Shown here piece after piece: positions 15,949 to 24,453 of a DNA stretch of 49,274 nt. Position 1 is the stretch's first letter. Each line of letters starts with the position of its first letter. The stretch is from Nitrososphaerales archaeon (GTDB lineage Archaea; Thermoproteota; Nitrososphaeria; Nitrososphaerales; Gagatemarchaeaceae), in the NCBI GenBank assembly GCA_035626075.1, contig DASPOK010000054.1, forward strand, positions 1 to 49,274. Direction: 5' to 3'. The translations under genes were made by a program, and so were the position numbers. The notes beneath the pieces are model-generated. The model was not told the DNA's origin. It was given only the letters and a program-made list of their open reading frames with translations, and searched no databases.

Positions 15949-17745
15949 ATGTCAGAACAGAAACGTCGGCTGAGGCAACCTGTCGTAGTTATCCTCGGCC
16001 ATGTTGACAGCGGGAAAACAAGTCTAGCGGACGCTCTGAGGGGGACCGGAGTCCAGGCCCGCGAAGTCGGAGGAATCACCCAGGAGATAGGCGCCAGCTT
16101 CTTCCCCATGGAGACCTTGAAGCAGATATGCGGGCCGTTGCTGGACAAGGCAGGGGGGGAACTTCAGGTCCCCGGCCTGCTGATGATAGACACACCGGGC
16201 CACGCCATCTTCTCCAATCTCCGCCTCAGAGGAGGGTCAGCCGCCGACATCGCCATACTCGTGGTCGACGTGCTGAAGGGTCTGGAGAACCAGACCCTCG
16301 AGAGCATCGACATCCTCAAGCAGAGGCACGTTCCCTTCCTCATAGCCCTGAACAAGATAGACATGATCGTAGGCTGGAAGAAGGGGAGCCAGGGGCAGCT
16401 GCAGCAAATCATGAAAGAACAGCCGCCGGCCTGGAACGACGAGCTGGAAGAACGCCTCTACAACGTGGTCGGGGGGCTGTCGCGACTCGGCTTCCAGTCG
16501 GACGCCTACTATAGAGTCAAAGACTTCAGGCAGCAGGTCTCGATTGTGCCCGTATCGGCCAGGGCCCGGGCTGGCATCCCGGAGATGCTGGCCATGTTGA
16601 TCGGTCTCGCCCAGCAGTTCCTCAAGGGAAGACTCGAGGGCCACGACATGGCAGAGAAACCCGCCCGAGGCATCATCCTGGAGATGCAGGAGGAGGTGGG
16701 CATAGGGGAGACGGCCAACATGATTCTTACTGAGGGGACACTCAGGGTCGGAGACGCCATAGGACTCGTGAGGCGAGACGGTGCCTTCAAGTCGAAGGTG
16801 AAGGCACTATTCATGCCGAAGCCACTCGACGAGATGCGTGATCCACGGGACAGGTTTACCGCGGTCGACCAGGTCTATGCCGCCGCGGGTGTGAAGCTCG
16901 TATCACCCGACTTGGCAGGGGTCGTTCCAGGCACGTCCGTCGCCTCGTTCAAGACGGAGAGGCAGTTCGAGGAGCTGAAGACGGAGATGGAGAAGGAGCT
17001 TTCCAAAGTCGTCGTGAAGACAGACAATATGGGCGTCATAGTCAAGGCAGGGAGCATTGGCGGGTTAGAGGCCCTTCTCCGGATGCTGGAGGAGAGGGGG
17101 GTCCCCGTCAGGCAGGCAGACATAGGCGACATCTCGAAGAACGACATAGTTGACGCCCACGTCGTCGGAGAGCACGACCCCTATCTCGGGGCCATTCTGG
17201 GCTTCGACGCCAAGGTACTCCCCGAAGCCAAGGACTACGTGGGGACCAGCCCCATATTCGTGTCCGCTATAATCTACGAGGTGATTGACAACTACGTCAA
17301 CTGGGCGGCAGCCAAGAGGGAGGCCGACGAAAAGGCTGCACTCTCCAGCCTGACGAGGCCGTGCAAGCTGAAGGTGGTCCCCGGCACCTTCTTCAGGCAC
17401 AATGACCCAGCGGTCTTCGGCGTCGAGATACTCGCGGGGAGGCTGAAGCCGAAGGTCAAGTTGATGTCCCCGCAAGGGGTCGAGCTCGGCACCGTTGAAC
17501 AGCTGCAGGACCAGGGGAAGGCCCTGACCGAGGCCACGGAAGGGGACAAAATAGCAATCTCTGTTGACGGCCCCACCCTCGGACGTCAAATCAAGGAGAA
17601 CGACACAATCTACACGATGCCGAGGAGCCACGAGGCAAAGGCGCTGCGCACGAAGCTGGCCTCCTCACTAACCGAGCAGGAGCGCGCGGTCCTTGACGAG
17701 ATTATCAAGATAAAGTCGGTCTCCGACCCGCTCTTTGGCTTCTAG
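15949..17745 (+). CDS. infB: translation initiation factor aIF5B (IF-2)
   Basis: G domain motifs VVVILGHVDSGKTSL, DTPGH and NKID; the 598-aa length is typical. Confidence 0.93.
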   Translation: MSEQKRRLRQPVVVILGHVDSGKTSLADALRGTGVQAREVGGITQEIGASFFPMETLKQICGPLLDKAGGELQVPGLLMIDTPGHAIFSNLRLRGGSAADIAILVVDVLKGLENQTLESIDILKQRHVPFLIALNKIDMIVGWKKGSQGQLQQIMKEQPPAWNDELEERLYNVVGGLSRLGFQSDAYYRVKDFRQQVSIVPVSARARAGIPEMLAMLIGLAQQFLKGRLEGHDMAEKPARGIILEMQEEVGIGETANMILTEGTLRVGDAIGLVRRDGAFKSKVKALFMPKPLDEMRDPRDRFTAVDQVYAAAGVKLVSPDLAGVVPGTSVASFKTERQFEELKTEMEKELSKVVVKTDNMGVIVKAGSIGGLEALLRMLEERGVPVRQADIGDISKNDIVDAHVVGEHDPYLGAILGFDAKVLPEAKDYVGTSPIFVSAIIYEVIDNYVNWAAAKREADEKAALSSLTRPCKLKVVPGTFFRHNDPAVFGVEILAGRLKPKVKLMSPQGVELGTVEQLQDQGKALTEATEGDKIAISVDGPTLGRQIKENDTIYTMPRSHEAKALRTKLASSLTEQERAVLDEIIKIKSVSDPLFGF

Positions 17746-17754
17746 GTTTATTTA
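17746..17754 (+). promoter_or_regulatory. TATA-like box (gtttattta) for rps6e
   Basis: 24-32 nt upstream of ATG 17778, consistent with a leaderless mRNA. Confidence 0.45.
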
Positions 17755-17777
17755 CCCGCCGGATTCGGAGCGCCTGA

Positions 17778-18137
17778 ATGGTCAGCTTCAAGCTCGTGCT
17801 CTCGGACCCGGCGACGGGGAGGTCAGAGGCACAGGAAGTGAAAGACGCCAACGCCCAGCAGCTCATCGGGAGGAAGATAGGCGACGTCCTCGAAGGGACC
17901 TCGATTGGGCTGACAGGCAAGATAATGATTACCGGGGGGAGCGACAGGGCGGGATTCCCCATGCGCAGCGATACCCTGGGCGGAGGGAAGAACTACATCC
18001 TTCTGACGAAGGGGGTTGGTTACAAGACCAGGGAGGAAGGGGCAAAGAAACGCAAGCTGGTAAGAGGAAACACCATCACCGAAGAGACCTACCAGGTCAA
18101 CGCCAAGCGCGTGAAAGAGCCTGCGACGGGTAGCTAG
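17778..18137 (+). CDS. rps6e: 30S ribosomal protein S6e
   Basis: FKLVLSDPATGRS...ITGGSDRAGFPMRSDTLGGGKNYILL. Confidence 0.92.
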   Translation: MVSFKLVLSDPATGRSEAQEVKDANAQQLIGRKIGDVLEGTSIGLTGKIMITGGSDRAGFPMRSDTLGGGKNYILLTKGVGYKTREEGAKKRKLVRGNTITEETYQVNAKRVKEPATGS

Positions 18138-18231
18138 AATCTCCAATTCCCTCTGGCTTTCCGGCAATCATGCGGACAATCCGCCTGAAAAGTAGAAATA
18201 TCTAACGCCTGGGAGAAGGCAGACAAGCGCG

Positions 18232-18690
18232 TTGGCCAGACTAGACGACCTTGACATGAAGATACTCTCGTCCCTCTACTCGGACGCCTCGGTGTCAGTT
18301 CCAAAACTGAGCAAGCAGCTCGGCGTGAACCTGTCCGTGATGTACAGTAGAATCAAGCGGCTCCAGAAGCGGGGTGTCATCGAAAGGTTCACCGTGCAGG
18401 TAAACGAGGACCGCCTCGGAATGCGGGCCGGAGCACTCGCTGGACTCAACATAGACCCTAAGCAGAGGGAGACGGTACTGAAGGAGATCGAGAAGATCGA
18501 AGGAGTGCGCCTGATCCGCGAAGTGACCGGGAGGTTCGACATAATTGCCAACCTGAAGGGCCAGTCTCTTGACGAACTGCACAGGGCTGTTTACGACGTG
18601 ATAGGCAGGATTCCCGGGGTAATGCACACCGAGATATTCATGGAAGTGTCCCGGCGCAACCCCCCGGTGAACTTCAGGTTAGTAGAGTAA
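18232..18690 (+). CDS. Lrp/AsnC family transcriptional regulator
   Basis: LDDLDMKILSSLYSDASVSVPKLSKQLGVNLSVMYSRIKRLQKRGVIERF plus a C-terminal RAM-like domain. Confidence 0.85.
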   Translation: MARLDDLDMKILSSLYSDASVSVPKLSKQLGVNLSVMYSRIKRLQKRGVIERFTVQVNEDRLGMRAGALAGLNIDPKQRETVLKEIEKIEGVRLIREVTGRFDIIANLKGQSLDELHRAVYDVIGRIPGVMHTEIFMEVSRRNPPVNFRLVE

Positions 18691-18730
18691 CCGTCGAATT
18701 GATAAGCACGGCGCGTCGGTCGCGGAATCA

Positions 18731-19414
18731 TTGGATCCGCTGATCCTCCTCGACCAAGCTGTCGCCCAGGAGAAGATGCCCCAAGCCATGGCGAGGAAAG
18801 TGAGGACGAGGATGAAGTATCTGCAGGGCGCAGTTCTGAGGGTAGAGAGGGCCAGCGGAATCCGTTATCCCCCCTACTATGTTGAGCCAGTCCTCCCCGT
18901 GTCCAAGGCAGGGGGTGAGTACGGCCAGATGGGGGTGCTCTTCGCCAGGGTTATCCCGGTCACAACGACAGGGAGTGTTGTAATCCTGGTGCAGTTCACG
19001 GCTGCGTTGGTGGCATTTGGGACGAAGGGGACACTGGAGGCTGTCGCCGCCCACGAGTTCACCCACTACGTGGACCTCGTGAGGAAGCTCAGCACCACCG
19101 ACGTTACGAGCGACGAGCTGTCGACCACGCTCTTCGAAGCATCCTTTGCAGACGCCGAGCGGACCATGCCGCCAAAGCTCTTGTTCTCGGAGAAGGCATT
19201 GATATCGCTCGTCAGCCGGAAATTCAAGAACGTCCTCTCCGACCCCGCACTCAACAAGAAGGTGGGGGACGAATGGATTGCGAAGAACCTTCCAATTCAC
19301 TGGGTTGGCCCTGAGGAGAACACCGTGAAGCTCCCCATGGGCCTTGTGGCAACGACACGATTCGACCCCGCCGTGATTTCGAAAGTCGCGGAGCTAAAGA
19401 AGGCGCGCTCTTGA
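18731..19414 (+). CDS. uncharacterised protein with an HExxH motif (putative zinc metallopeptidase)
   Basis: Contains LEAVAAHEFTHYVDLV; I recognise no family. The stop overlaps the start of the next gene (TTGA at 19411-19414). The antisense ORF 18728..19300 has non-protein-like composition. Confidence 0.5.
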   Translation: MDPLILLDQAVAQEKMPQAMARKVRTRMKYLQGAVLRVERASGIRYPPYYVEPVLPVSKAGGEYGQMGVLFARVIPVTTTGSVVILVQFTAALVAFGTKGTLEAVAAHEFTHYVDLVRKLSTTDVTSDELSTTLFEASFADAERTMPPKLLFSEKALISLVSRKFKNVLSDPALNKKVGDEWIAKNLPIHWVGPEENTVKLPMGLVATTRFDPAVISKVAELKKARS

Positions 19415-21036
19415 GACTCTCGGACGACGAGCGAACTACCCTCACTTCTGTCGCCTCCTCCTTGGTGGAGCCTTCCAAGATTACTGCCGTCTGCGCCTAC
19501 GGTTCCAAGGTGGCGGGGTACGCACGCAAGGATTCAGACTACGACCTCATCATCGTGCTGAAGCGGTTCCGCGAGGGAGTGAGGTACAAGTACGTCGATG
19601 CTCCTGTCGCCGCATCGGCCCTTATTGTCGATGAGGAAATGCTCCGACAAGACGCCCTGTCCTCTCACCTGGGGGAGTTTGTCGTTGGACGACTGCTGAA
19701 CGTGTACGAGCCCGTACAAAACGCCGACCTCTTCCGACGCGTCGAATTTGAATACAAGAAGAGGGTCTTAGTTGAGGCACTCCTGGAGCTCTCTTCGGAC
19801 TACGGGGATTTCGGGAGGCACCTCGTCGTCCCATACGAGTATTTTCTTTTTGACAAGCTCCACACTCGAGCGGCCATCTACCCTCCCGCGCTTTACAGCT
19901 ACGTGCACACATACACGTGCCCCCTGGGCGAAGAGAACAAGGCGATCTCCATCGGCGGGTTTGTGTCCGCGGCGGATTCCCTCCAGTCACGAGGGCTCCT
20001 CCTGGCGGTGCAAGGCGGCGTAAAGATGGCCCCAGAGAAGCTGAAGGCCGATGCCTTCACCCGCGTGCAGTCCATGTTCTCGGTGACCGCAAGAGGGGTG
20101 ACACAGTACGCGATTCACGGATATGCAGGCAGAGTGGGTCCGTCGGTCTTCAGCAGGGAGGCGCTCTCGAAGCTCAGAAGGATGAGGGAAAACCCGCCCC
20201 CCTTCGCTCCTCTGGAGAGGCCGCGGTCGCTGCTGCGACTTGAGGAGGGGGCAGTCATCCCTGACGCTTCGCTGCTCGTCGAGGAGTTGGCGCGCCTCCT
20301 GGGGTTCGAGAGATACTCGACAAAGGAGAAGGACATAGGCGAGCCGTACTCCACCACCAGGGTACTTACTTTCTGGGACTCCGCAAGGGAGAGGTCTGTG
20401 GTGGTCAAGAACTACACTGACGTGAGGTCGCTGAAGTGGGCCCTGCTCGGGGTGTGGGCGTCCGCAGCCAACAAGTTCAGTACCGCCCCGGTGTCCCGGA
20501 TGGACCGCGAGTACGGCATGTCCCTTAAGCTTCGAGCCGTGGGAGTGATGGTCCCGTCAGTAGTTGCGGTCGCTCCGGCGGAGAGAATCCTTGTGAAAGA
20601 CTTCGTCAGAGGACCGACCCTCTCAAGCGTGATCAACGCGCTCCTCAAGGGAGCTGGCGATGGGATAGGTCCGGTGTCGGCCTATGGTGAGGTGATGTCG
20701 AAGGTCCACTCCTGCGGGATAGCGCTTGGGGACGCCAAGCCGAGCAACGTGGTCGTCTCCGACAAGGGGCTCTATCTCACGGACCTGGAACAGTCCTTTC
20801 CTGGGGGGGACCAGGCCTGGGACGTGGCCGAGTTTCTCTACTACACGGCCAAGCTTTCCGTTAAGGAGGAGGCCATGAAGAAGGTGGCAAGCGCCTTCCT
20901 TGAATCCTATGCGAAATCAGGAAGCCGAGCAAGCATTTCGAGGGCGAGAGGACAGAAGTATTTCGGCCCCTTCAGGCCTTTCCTGACCCCCGGAATGGCC
21001 AAAATGCTGAAAGAGCTGATGTCAGCCTACGCCTGA
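19411..21036 (+). CDS. fusion protein: N-terminal Pol-beta-type nucleotidyltransferase domain and C-terminal Bud32/ePK-like kinase domain
   Basis: NTase motif: AVCAYGSKVAGYARKDSDYDLIIV (GS...DxD). Kinase-like features: VVVKNY (beta3 Lys), REYG (alphaC Glu), LGDAKPSNVVV (DxKPxN catalytic loop), LYLTDLEQS (DFG equivalent) and DQAWDVAEFLYY (Bud32-like). Confidence 0.6.
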   Translation: MRLSDDERTTLTSVASSLVEPSKITAVCAYGSKVAGYARKDSDYDLIIVLKRFREGVRYKYVDAPVAASALIVDEEMLRQDALSSHLGEFVVGRLLNVYEPVQNADLFRRVEFEYKKRVLVEALLELSSDYGDFGRHLVVPYEYFLFDKLHTRAAIYPPALYSYVHTYTCPLGEENKAISIGGFVSAADSLQSRGLLLAVQGGVKMAPEKLKADAFTRVQSMFSVTARGVTQYAIHGYAGRVGPSVFSREALSKLRRMRENPPPFAPLERPRSLLRLEEGAVIPDASLLVEELARLLGFERYSTKEKDIGEPYSTTRVLTFWDSARERSVVVKNYTDVRSLKWALLGVWASAANKFSTAPVSRMDREYGMSLKLRAVGVMVPSVVAVAPAERILVKDFVRGPTLSSVINALLKGAGDGIGPVSAYGEVMSKVHSCGIALGDAKPSNVVVSDKGLYLTDLEQSFPGGDQAWDVAEFLYYTAKLSVKEEAMKKVASAFLESYAKSGSRASISRARGQKYFGPFRPFLTPGMAKMLKELMSAYA

Positions 21037-21101
21037 TTATTCTGCATGTGCGTTGCGTACCGGCAGTCACACGGTGGCATGCGAGCGCGTATCCGAGTGA
21101 A

Positions 21102-21183
21102 TGGGGTCGGCCGGATTTGAACCAGCGGTTTTGCTGGGTCTGGGCAAGTAAAGTTCTGCTCATGAGAACGGCCTGGCGACCTT
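21102..21183 (-). other. tRNA-like element: intact T-arm and 3' acceptor strand without a matching 5' acceptor strand (tRNA relic, 3' half or att scar)
   Basis: Minus strand: GCUGG-UUCAAAU-CCGGC (21126-21110), then CGACCCC-A (21109-21102), and a perfect 5-bp/7-nt-loop hairpin GUUCU-CAUGAGC-AGAAC (21169-21153). The only 5' partner is AAGGUCG (21183-21177), which gives 5 of 7 pairs. Confidence 0.4.
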
Positions 21184-21195
21184 GACAGGGTTGAA

Positions 21196-21462
21196 CTAGG
21201 CCTTGGAGTAGACTGTGTATCCACAGTGCCCGCAGGTCAGTCTGTTTCCGTGCTGGGCCATGAAGTACCCTCTTCCACATCTAGGGCACTCCTTCCTGAG
21301 CCTGGAAAGAGCGTCACCCTCCACCTTGTACAGCTTGTGCGACTGTATCCTCCTCTTGGGGGCCTTTGGCTTCTCCTTCTTCTCGGGCTTCTTCTCCTCG
21401 ACGGGTGCCGTCTCTGCCGGAGCCGGCGCGGGTGCGACCGGGGCAGGCTGTTGTTTTGACAA
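21196..21462 (-). CDS. rps27ae: 30S ribosomal protein S27ae with a low-complexity N-terminal extension (start uncertain)
   Basis: Core is [42 protein letters not shown] (C4 zinc ribbon). It is preceded in frame by about 35 aa rich in A/P/E/K, starting from TTG 21462. Confidence 0.85.
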   Translation of the reverse strand: MSKQQPAPVAPAPAPAETAPVEEKKPEKKEKPKAPKRRIQSHKLYKVEGDALSRLRKECPRCGRGYFMAQHGNRLTCGHCGYTVYSKA

Positions 21463-21464
21463 GG

Positions 21465-21812
21465 CTACTTCTTCGCCTCAGGCGCAGCCGCGGCCGGGAT
21501 GGCTGCTTTCTTCCTCTCCTGTTTCAGCTTCTCCCTCTCCTCCCTCGTAAGGGCCCTCTCTTCGAGGTACTTCGGATGGACCCTCTTCTTCGACTCTGCT
21601 GAGCCATAGACATAGAATTTTCCAACGACCGTCGTGGTCCCCGACTGGCCTTCCAGTCTGACCAGCCCGATGTTCTCAGGGGGGACTCCCATTTCCTGAG
21701 CGACGGCCGCGACTGCCTCCCTCCGCGAGATTTTCCCGGCCTTCCCGTCGAGAGTCATCTCGACATAGGACCTATCGAGGAGTTTCGACTCCGTCTTCCT
21801 TTCTAACCGCAA
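21465..21812 (-). CDS. rps24e: 30S ribosomal protein S24e
   Basis: [35 protein letters not shown]...[21 protein letters not shown]. Confidence 0.9.
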   Translation of the reverse strand: MRLERKTESKLLDRSYVEMTLDGKAGKISRREAVAAVAQEMGVPPENIGLVRLEGQSGTTTVVGKFYVYGSAESKKRVHPKYLEERALTREEREKLKQERKKAAIPAAAAPEAKK

Positions 21813-21853
21813 ACTGGGGGCAACCCGACTTTGGCTGGGATATTAAGTTGAGT

Positions 21854-22375
21854 CTAATGTATTCCCCTTATGCCCAGCTTCTCCAAGATCGACCGGTTTC
21901 TGGACTTGGCCACGGCGTTGGCCTTCACCACCACCACCCCGACCCCTGGCTGTCCGTAGAAGACTACGGCGGATACCGGAGCCATTGCTATGGCGAGGAT
22001 TGTCATGAGGTCTTCCTCCCCCCGTACCAGCACCCGGACAGGCTTCATCCCGAGGAAAGCGGCACGCATGGCGCCGATGGCCCCCAGAGTCAGAGTGCCC
22101 GCGGGGTTCTTCACCTTCAACAGCCTGGCGTACCCGACTTTCGGAGGTGCTCTCTGCATCCGTCTCTCCATGCCGTCCACGACCTGCACCTCAGGGGTGC
22201 GCCCGAGGCTTGCCATGGTCTCGGTGACCCTGTCCCCGACCGTCACAACCATCGGAGCCTCCTCGACTAGCCGTGCGAACTCGGGACCCGCCACCTCTTC
22301 CCCTGTAAAGACGCGGCCCATAGGTTCGGCCAGCTTGGGCCTGAGTGCCTCGGGGAGCCGATAGACCCTGCGCAA
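21854..22375 (-). CDS. DUF359 family protein (archaeal GTP-dependent dephospho-CoA kinase family)
   Basis: VVTVGDRVTE...VQVVDGMERR...VRGEEDLMTILAIAMAPVSAVVFYGQPGVGVVVV, in the conserved position between spt4 and rps24e. Confidence 0.65.
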   Translation of the reverse strand: MRRVYRLPEALRPKLAEPMGRVFTGEEVAGPEFARLVEEAPMVVTVGDRVTETMASLGRTPEVQVVDGMERRMQRAPPKVGYARLLKVKNPAGTLTLGAIGAMRAAFLGMKPVRVLVRGEEDLMTILAIAMAPVSAVVFYGQPGVGVVVVKANAVAKSRNRSILEKLGIRGIH

Positions 22376-22379
22376 GGGG

Positions 22380-22565
22380 TCAGCTGACCTTCAGGGCGTA
22401 CCTTCCGGGCTTCGCTATTCCCAGGGTCTTGGCGACCTGGGACCTTTCAGGATTGATGATAATGACTAGCCCTGACCATTCGTTGCTCAGCTCCGTGGAG
22501 CCGTCGTTGGGGCACGCCTTCTCAGTGGTGAGCATCCTGCACTTCCTGCAAGCGAGCTCCTTCAA
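22380..22565 (-). CDS. spt4: transcription elongation factor Spt4 (RpoE'')
   Basis: LACRKCRMLTTEKACPNDGSTELSNEWSGLVIIINPERSQVAK. Confidence 0.9.
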   Translation of the reverse strand: MKELACRKCRMLTTEKACPNDGSTELSNEWSGLVIIINPERSQVAKTLGIAKPGRYALKVS

Positions 22566-22573
22566 AGCGGCTT

Positions 22574-23158
22574 CTACTTCTCCGGTCTCTCTTCTGCCTT
22601 GCGCGTCTTGGCGGCCTTGATGACTTCGTCATCGATCCACTCGAGCGCCCCAAGGAAAGGCTGTCGGCAGGTAACACCTATCTTGCCCATCGAGATCCCG
22701 TGGCCAAGGCTCACGGCCGTAATCCTCACTCTAACCTTGCTCCCCACTCTCAGGGTCCTCTTGCTTTGAGAGGCGGTGATGATGCCAGACTTCACGTCGC
22801 TGGTCAAGTAGTCATCCATGATCTGGCTGAGATGGAGGAGCGCATCCGCCGGGCCGATTCTCACGAACGCCCCGAAATCTGTAACCTCGACTATCTCGCC
22901 CTCGACGATCTCCTGCTTCAGAGGATAGAAAGACAGGACCTCGAATCTCACCCTGTGGTAGGTGGCGCCGTCCCCTGCGATTATCTTGCCGACCTTGTCC
23001 ACGTCCACCTTGGTCACGAGGATCAGGTAGCCGTGGTCAGGGTTGATGGTGCTTTCATACTTCAGCTTCAGCAGATCCATGGCGACTTTCTCAAGGGGCG
23101 AGCCGAACCTGTCTGGTGGAACGCGGACCACATCTTCGAGGTTCACTAACTCAAACAT
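22574..23158 (-). CDS. rpoE: DNA-directed RNA polymerase subunit E' (Rpo7)
   Basis: MFELVNLEDVVRVPPDRFG... plus an S1 domain (GEIVEVTDFGAFVRIGP). Confidence 0.9.
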   Translation of the reverse strand: MFELVNLEDVVRVPPDRFGSPLEKVAMDLLKLKYESTINPDHGYLILVTKVDVDKVGKIIAGDGATYHRVRFEVLSFYPLKQEIVEGEIVEVTDFGAFVRIGPADALLHLSQIMDDYLTSDVKSGIITASQSKRTLRVGSKVRVRITAVSLGHGISMGKIGVTCRQPFLGALEWIDDEVIKAAKTRKAEERPEK

Positions 23159-23237
23159 GAATTAATCAGGAACGAAGGCACCCCTTTGTGTCAGCGATTT
23201 TAATCTTTGGTGTGAATGAGACGAGATGCGTCTCTGG

Positions 23238-24017
23238 TCAGGTCAGCGAAGGCGGCATGGTCCTCTTGTGCTGCGTCTTCCTGTGCATCTCCAGCACTCT
23301 GTTGACGACACCCACGGACACTCTCGCTTCTCTGGCCGCCTTGGCGGGGTTCGCCTTTAGGTCGAAAAGGCAGCGCAGTACGATGTCGAGTTTGTCGTAG
23401 TCCGCTGGAATTTCGTCAGACGCCTTGTGGCCCGGCCAAAGCTGCGGGGACGCCGGCTTTCGTGCGACGCCCGGGGGGAGACCAAGGTATTCCGCTAGCA
23501 CGCGCACCTGGGATTTGTAGAGGTGGGCGATAGGCAGGAAGTCAACTCCTCCGTCCCCCCACTTCGTGAAATAGCCCAACAACGATTCACTTCTGTCCCC
23601 CGTCCCCGCAACCAGATAGCCGAGAGAGTTCGCGTGGTAGTAGAGGATCGACATTCTCACCCTCGCTTCGACGTTGGCGCGGGCGAGCTTGGTCCCCGCC
23701 ACTCTGGCAGGGCCGGAGATGGCCTCTGCTATGCTAGAGATGGGGATATTCTCGGCCCTGATTCCCCAGCCCTCCGCGAGGAATCTTGCATCCTCCATGT
23801 CCTGCTTCGGGGTGTGATAGGAAGGCATGAACAGACCAAGGACTTTGTCCTTCCCGAGCGCCCTGACACACAGTGACCCAACCACAGCGCTATCCACCCC
23901 TCCGCTCAGACCGACCACGGCACCCTTCGCTGAGGCTTCGGTCACTACCTCCCTGACGAACGATATTATCCGGTCCGTCTCCTTCGCGACGTCAAACCCA
24001 AGAACGCTGGCGGCCAA
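23238..24017 (-). CDS. nadE: NH3-dependent NAD+ synthetase
   Basis: PP-loop GLSGGVDSAVV...; the 259-aa length is typical. Confidence 0.9.
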   Translation of the reverse strand: MAASVLGFDVAKETDRIISFVREVVTEASAKGAVVGLSGGVDSAVVGSLCVRALGKDKVLGLFMPSYHTPKQDMEDARFLAEGWGIRAENIPISSIAEAISGPARVAGTKLARANVEARVRMSILYYHANSLGYLVAGTGDRSESLLGYFTKWGDGGVDFLPIAHLYKSQVRVLAEYLGLPPGVARKPASPQLWPGHKASDEIPADYDKLDIVLRCLFDLKANPAKAAREARVSVGVVNRVLEMHRKTQHKRTMPPSLT

Positions 24018-24081
24018 TCGAGAGGAAGCCCAGCCTCGGGGGTTTTAACGGCTTTTCCGGACGGTTGCATTTGGTTGAGAG

Positions 24082-24450
24082 CTAGTCGAGGGCGAGCCTT
24101 CCTTTTCTGAGGGAGGCCACCCTCAGGTGCGCCCCCCTCGCCGCCTGTGCCAATCTCGCGTCAGCTGTTGCAACTATCGAGCCGCTGGATAGAGCCGCTG
24201 AGACAATTTCGTCATCGACCTGGGCACCTCCGCAGGGGAGGGCGGCGAAGTTCGAAGCCATTTCCAGGCAGACCCTGGCCGTCCGAGCCTTCCTTCCCTG
24301 GCCAGAAGCCAGTCGTTCAAGCTCTTTTCGAACGCATTCGGGGAGAACCGGCTGGAACTTCCCCACTCCATGGACCATGTCCTCAAACCAGGTCGTGGGT
24401 GTTTCGGCTACTGCCATCAGGAAACTGCTGTCGAAGATAACCTGTTTCAA
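24082..24450 (-). CDS. PIN-domain protein
   Basis: VIFDSSFLMAV...DDEIVSAALSSGSIVATADARL, placing acidic residues in a PIN-like pattern; lies next to aIF2gamma. Confidence 0.65.
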   Translation of the reverse strand: MKQVIFDSSFLMAVAETPTTWFEDMVHGVGKFQPVLPECVRKELERLASGQGRKARTARVCLEMASNFAALPCGGAQVDDEIVSAALSSGSIVATADARLAQAARGAHLRVASLRKGRLALD

Positions 24451-24453
24451 GAA

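Noticed and set aside
18728-19300. 190-aa minus-strand ORF antisense to the HExxH gene
   Set aside because: It is rich in His, Cys, Arg and Gly with no motif. The plus-strand product has balanced composition, an HExxH motif and a coupled stop/start with the next gene, so the plus strand was chosen. This remains the least certain strand call in the window.
21104-21186. Plus-strand reading of the tRNA-like element, where GGGGUCG...CGACCUU would pair 7/7 with two G-U pairs
   Set aside because: On the plus strand there is no T-loop, D-loop or anticodon arm in tRNA positions. The tRNA-like hallmarks (GGUUCAAAUCC) exist only on the minus strand.
23218-23234. Inverted repeat GAGACG-AGAUG-CGUCUC, 4 nt downstream of the nadE stop on the minus strand
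   Set aside because: It may be a transcript-end hairpin, but there is no adjacent oligo-T tract on the minus strand and it lies in the rpoE' promoter region. It is too weak to call as a terminator.
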